A stretch of DNA of 63,757 nucleotides, the filler included, from Rhabdomonas costata (taxonomy: Eukaryota): assembly GCA_019059605.1 (NCBI GenBank). It is 55 parts of 55 records of this genome, joined end to end, with 100 filler letters (N's around TTAATTAATTAA, not from the genome) between each part and the next. Parts side by side here need not be neighbours in the genome. Positions count along the whole stretch, not along the records: positions 60,376 to 61,436 come from JAHMHO010030741.1; positions 61,537 to 62,597 come from JAHMHO010030742.1; positions 62,698 to 63,757 come from JAHMHO010030743.1; 52 more parts are not named here. The stretch is one strand, 5' to 3'. A program made the translations under genes and the position numbers. This document shows, piece by piece, positions 61,029-63,757 of the stretch; position 1 is the first letter of the stretch, and every line of letters starts with the position of its first letter. The notes under the pieces are model-generated. The model was not told where the DNA came from, searched no databases, and worked only from the letters and a program-made list of their open reading frames with translations.

Positions 61029-63757
61029 GTCAAGGTATCTCTCGATCTTTCATCATCCCCACACCCTCCACACCATTTCAACTTTAGTGGGTGGTGCACC
61101 AGCGGTTGCTCTCGAACCCTGTGATGTCCAAAATCATGGGTCCACGAAAACGGCATAAAGCTGCGGAAAAATTTCTTAACAAACCCGAAAGCTTCAGAAA
61201 AGATTCCTACGGAAACTTTCTAGAGAGAGACAGGGTTGGAGAGGGTTGGAGAGGTTGGAGGGAGAGAAAACGAAACATTGCGAATGAAATCATTCCGAGG
61301 AAAATATGGTAAGGCTAGCTCCACCCCAAAACTGAGAGATTAGTCTGTAACATTCCGAACAGAAGTCTTTTTACCCTGTTTTTATGCCGCTGGTCTCAAA
61401 AATGTAGTGTACGTGGAGATGAGCGCAGCCCGTAGANNNNNNNNNNNNNNNNNNNNNNNNNNNNNNNNNNNNNNNNNNNNTTAATTAATTAANNNNNNNN
61501 NNNNNNNNNNNNNNNNNNNNNNNNNNNNNNNNNNNNGGGGTTTTTGGTCCTTCAGTGTTCTCATACTTCCTCCACGTCCGCCAGTTCGCCAACTCTCAAA
61601 CGTTCGTTTCAGCGATCTTGACTCCTTGGTTGCCCGATGCTGCTTGCCTTCAAAATAACCTTGTTGGGCTTTTGTTCCTCTTTTTGCGCCGCGAATCCTC
61701 TCTAGCTCTCAAGAGCTGTTGGGCTCTCAAGCTCTCAAGAGCTCTCAAGAGAATGAGCTGTTGGGCAGTCGGCCAAGACAGCTAATAATATGGTTTTGGT
61801 TAGTTCTCAAATTGGTGTGTTTTGCTCCAGTACCAGTTTGACAAGAGTCACGGCAAGACAAGTAAATGAAATAGCAGCGCCCTGTGCGTGGACCGTACGT
61901 CCTTCCGAGCTGATGGTGAACCGAATAGGATTTTTCTCCATGCATCGATCTTGTCGATGTTGATTTTAGATGATTGGCGTCCGCAGGCATTGGGCCATTC
62001 ACATGGGCCATTCACAAGGCGACCGGTGCCCTTCCCAGTAAGCATATCTTTTTTGCGTCGGCATCTAGGGGCTTTCGCGTTGACTGTAACTGCTCCTTTT
62101 TTATTTGCTTCTGTGATTTTTTTCACCCAGCCGGTGTTTCTTGTTACTGCGCAGCTGCTTTTCGCGTTGCGGGCTATGGCTCTGCAGAACTGGGCGGAGG
62201 AAGCCCGATCTCAGGGGCCACAGCACTGGCCTTTGCAAAGCCACCTGAATGAACAGGCATGCTTCTTCAGTATCTGGTCTGACGAGCTTTCCCACACTGC
62301 GCTCTGCTCTGATTTCCGCCGTGGTCATTGCGTCATGGACAGGATTTGCGTTTTTGTTGTTGCTTTCACATTACCCTCCTCGCCGCCGTTCTGTGCTCTG
62401 TTCTGTACAAGAAGAATACACGAAGAGGTTATGGTGAGCCAGACCCCAGGCCCCTGCCAATTCTTGCCGTCTCTTTTTTCTTGGCAGGCGAACTTCTACC
62501 CGTTTCGTGCGGACCGGTGCATGCCTGAAGTGTACCCCTCCCCAACTCACCTGTCACCTGCAGCGCCCTCCACCCTCTACCAGGCTTAACCAACCACNNN
62601 NNNNNNNNNNNNNNNNNNNNNNNNNNNNNNNNNNNNNNNNNTTAATTAATTAANNNNNNNNNNNNNNNNNNNNNNNNNNNNNNNNNNNNNNNNNNNNGGG
62701 GTTTGTGGTAGGCGATGCGAGTGAGAGGGACAGGGCAGCGCAATAGACGATGTGCTGTTCTCTCTCCTTTTTCCTCTCGTTCTCTCTTTGTGCTTCATGA
62801 TTTTGTGTCTGTCCACAGCTCTCTTCTTCTGGCGTGCTGGCTGCTTCCGCACTGCTCTCTCCCCTCCCCCTCTCCCGGTCCCTCTTCGTTTTTTCTGCAG
62901 TTACCGCCTTTGTTTCGGAAGTACATAAAAACCCCGGCTGTGTATATCCGTTCACTGTCTTTCGGTTTCTCTCAATTTCTCCGCCTGGCTCTCGTCACGC
63001 TGTGCCGTTCACGTTCCCTCTTGGCCCCTCTCAGGTCTCTCCGTCTATCGAATTCATTACCGCCTTGGATGTCGCTCGAAATATAACAGGTTATCTTCTG
63101 TTGGCCCAAATGGAAGTTGAATAAACCACTTATCAGGTGATCGGGTCTGAGCTATCTTTCGCAAATCTTTTGCAGGCACCGTCGTACGGATTTTACACAG
63201 ATTCCTCGCTCCTCCTTGTCCTCTTCCTGGGGCTAGACATCTTTTCTGGTACGAAAGAGAGGAGGAAGCCAAATTGGTGTTTAAACTGCAATTAGGCTTC
63301 AGACTCAGCCTTACAACGCCTTTTGCAGGTAGGCATGCCTTATAGCCGTCTTAAGACTTGGGAGGGGCTTTACCATCACGTTGTTTCCTCAGTCTGATTG
63401 TCCTCTGTTCTTAGTGCAATCTCCATCGCTGTCTCCGTCCTCTCTCTGTTGGCTTTTGGGCTTCTCTGTGGATTTGGACCGCTCTTGTGCAGCGGCAGTT
63501 GGGAAGGGCGGTGATCCGCCTCACCCATTTCCTGCCGTGGTTTTGCTCTTCTCACACTCTGTTTGTACTCACTGGGAAAGACCTTTAGACCCCCTCCTTC
63601 CTTGTTTCACTACTCTCTGTACTTCGAGTGCTGCTCTTCTCCTCCCCCCGACCCGAGACTCCCTTTTTCTTATCTCACTCAAGGGAGCCATCAAAATGAA
63701 TACAGGTTACAGCTTCTTCTCCCTCACACCTCACTCACACCCCAACCACCATGACCC

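Noticed and set aside
1-63757. Operon-like or multi-gene system inferred from neighbouring genes
   Set aside because: Neighbours are unrelated contigs of near-identical length, so adjacency across spacers has no biological meaning.

Overview
This window is not one locus. It is 55 unrelated contigs of about 1,060 nt, joined by 54 artificial 100-nt spacers (44 N + TTAATTAATTAA + 44 N), so gene neighbourhood across spacers is meaningless. The DNA is from an intron-rich, flagellated eukaryote. Short GC-rich exons, mostly GT(G/A/T)TG donors, several GC donors, IFT80, CEP76, a POP-type organellar polymerase domain, a GP46-like LRR and a class III cyclase point to a euglenid; this is inference. G/T-only contig ends suggest a whole-genome-amplified library. 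Recognisable gene fragments include IFT80, CEP76, EMC1, isocitrate lyase, guanine deaminase, aspartyl aminopeptidase, alpha-actinin, a nucleotide-sugar transporter, a TRIP12/UPL3-like ligase, a USP10-like protease, TPR-DnaJ, DUF179, DUF547, WW and EF-hand proteins. Decayed Ty3/Gypsy, Tc1/mariner, CRE-like and possibly hAT elements are also present. The most interesting stretch is a very AT-rich, intronless contig (31360-32420). It carries a frameshifted GNAT acetyltransferase resembling Mimiviridae GNATs, two small paralogous ORFs sharing a TGLTILDVLQ motif with only synonymous differences, and an AAAATTGA motif, making it a candidate decayed giant-virus insertion. Also notable are a probably proofreading-dead POP exonuclease domain, a guanine deaminase with a Cys-containing insert and two GC-AG introns, and two foldback repeat structures. 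All homology calls are by eye; no database searches were run.
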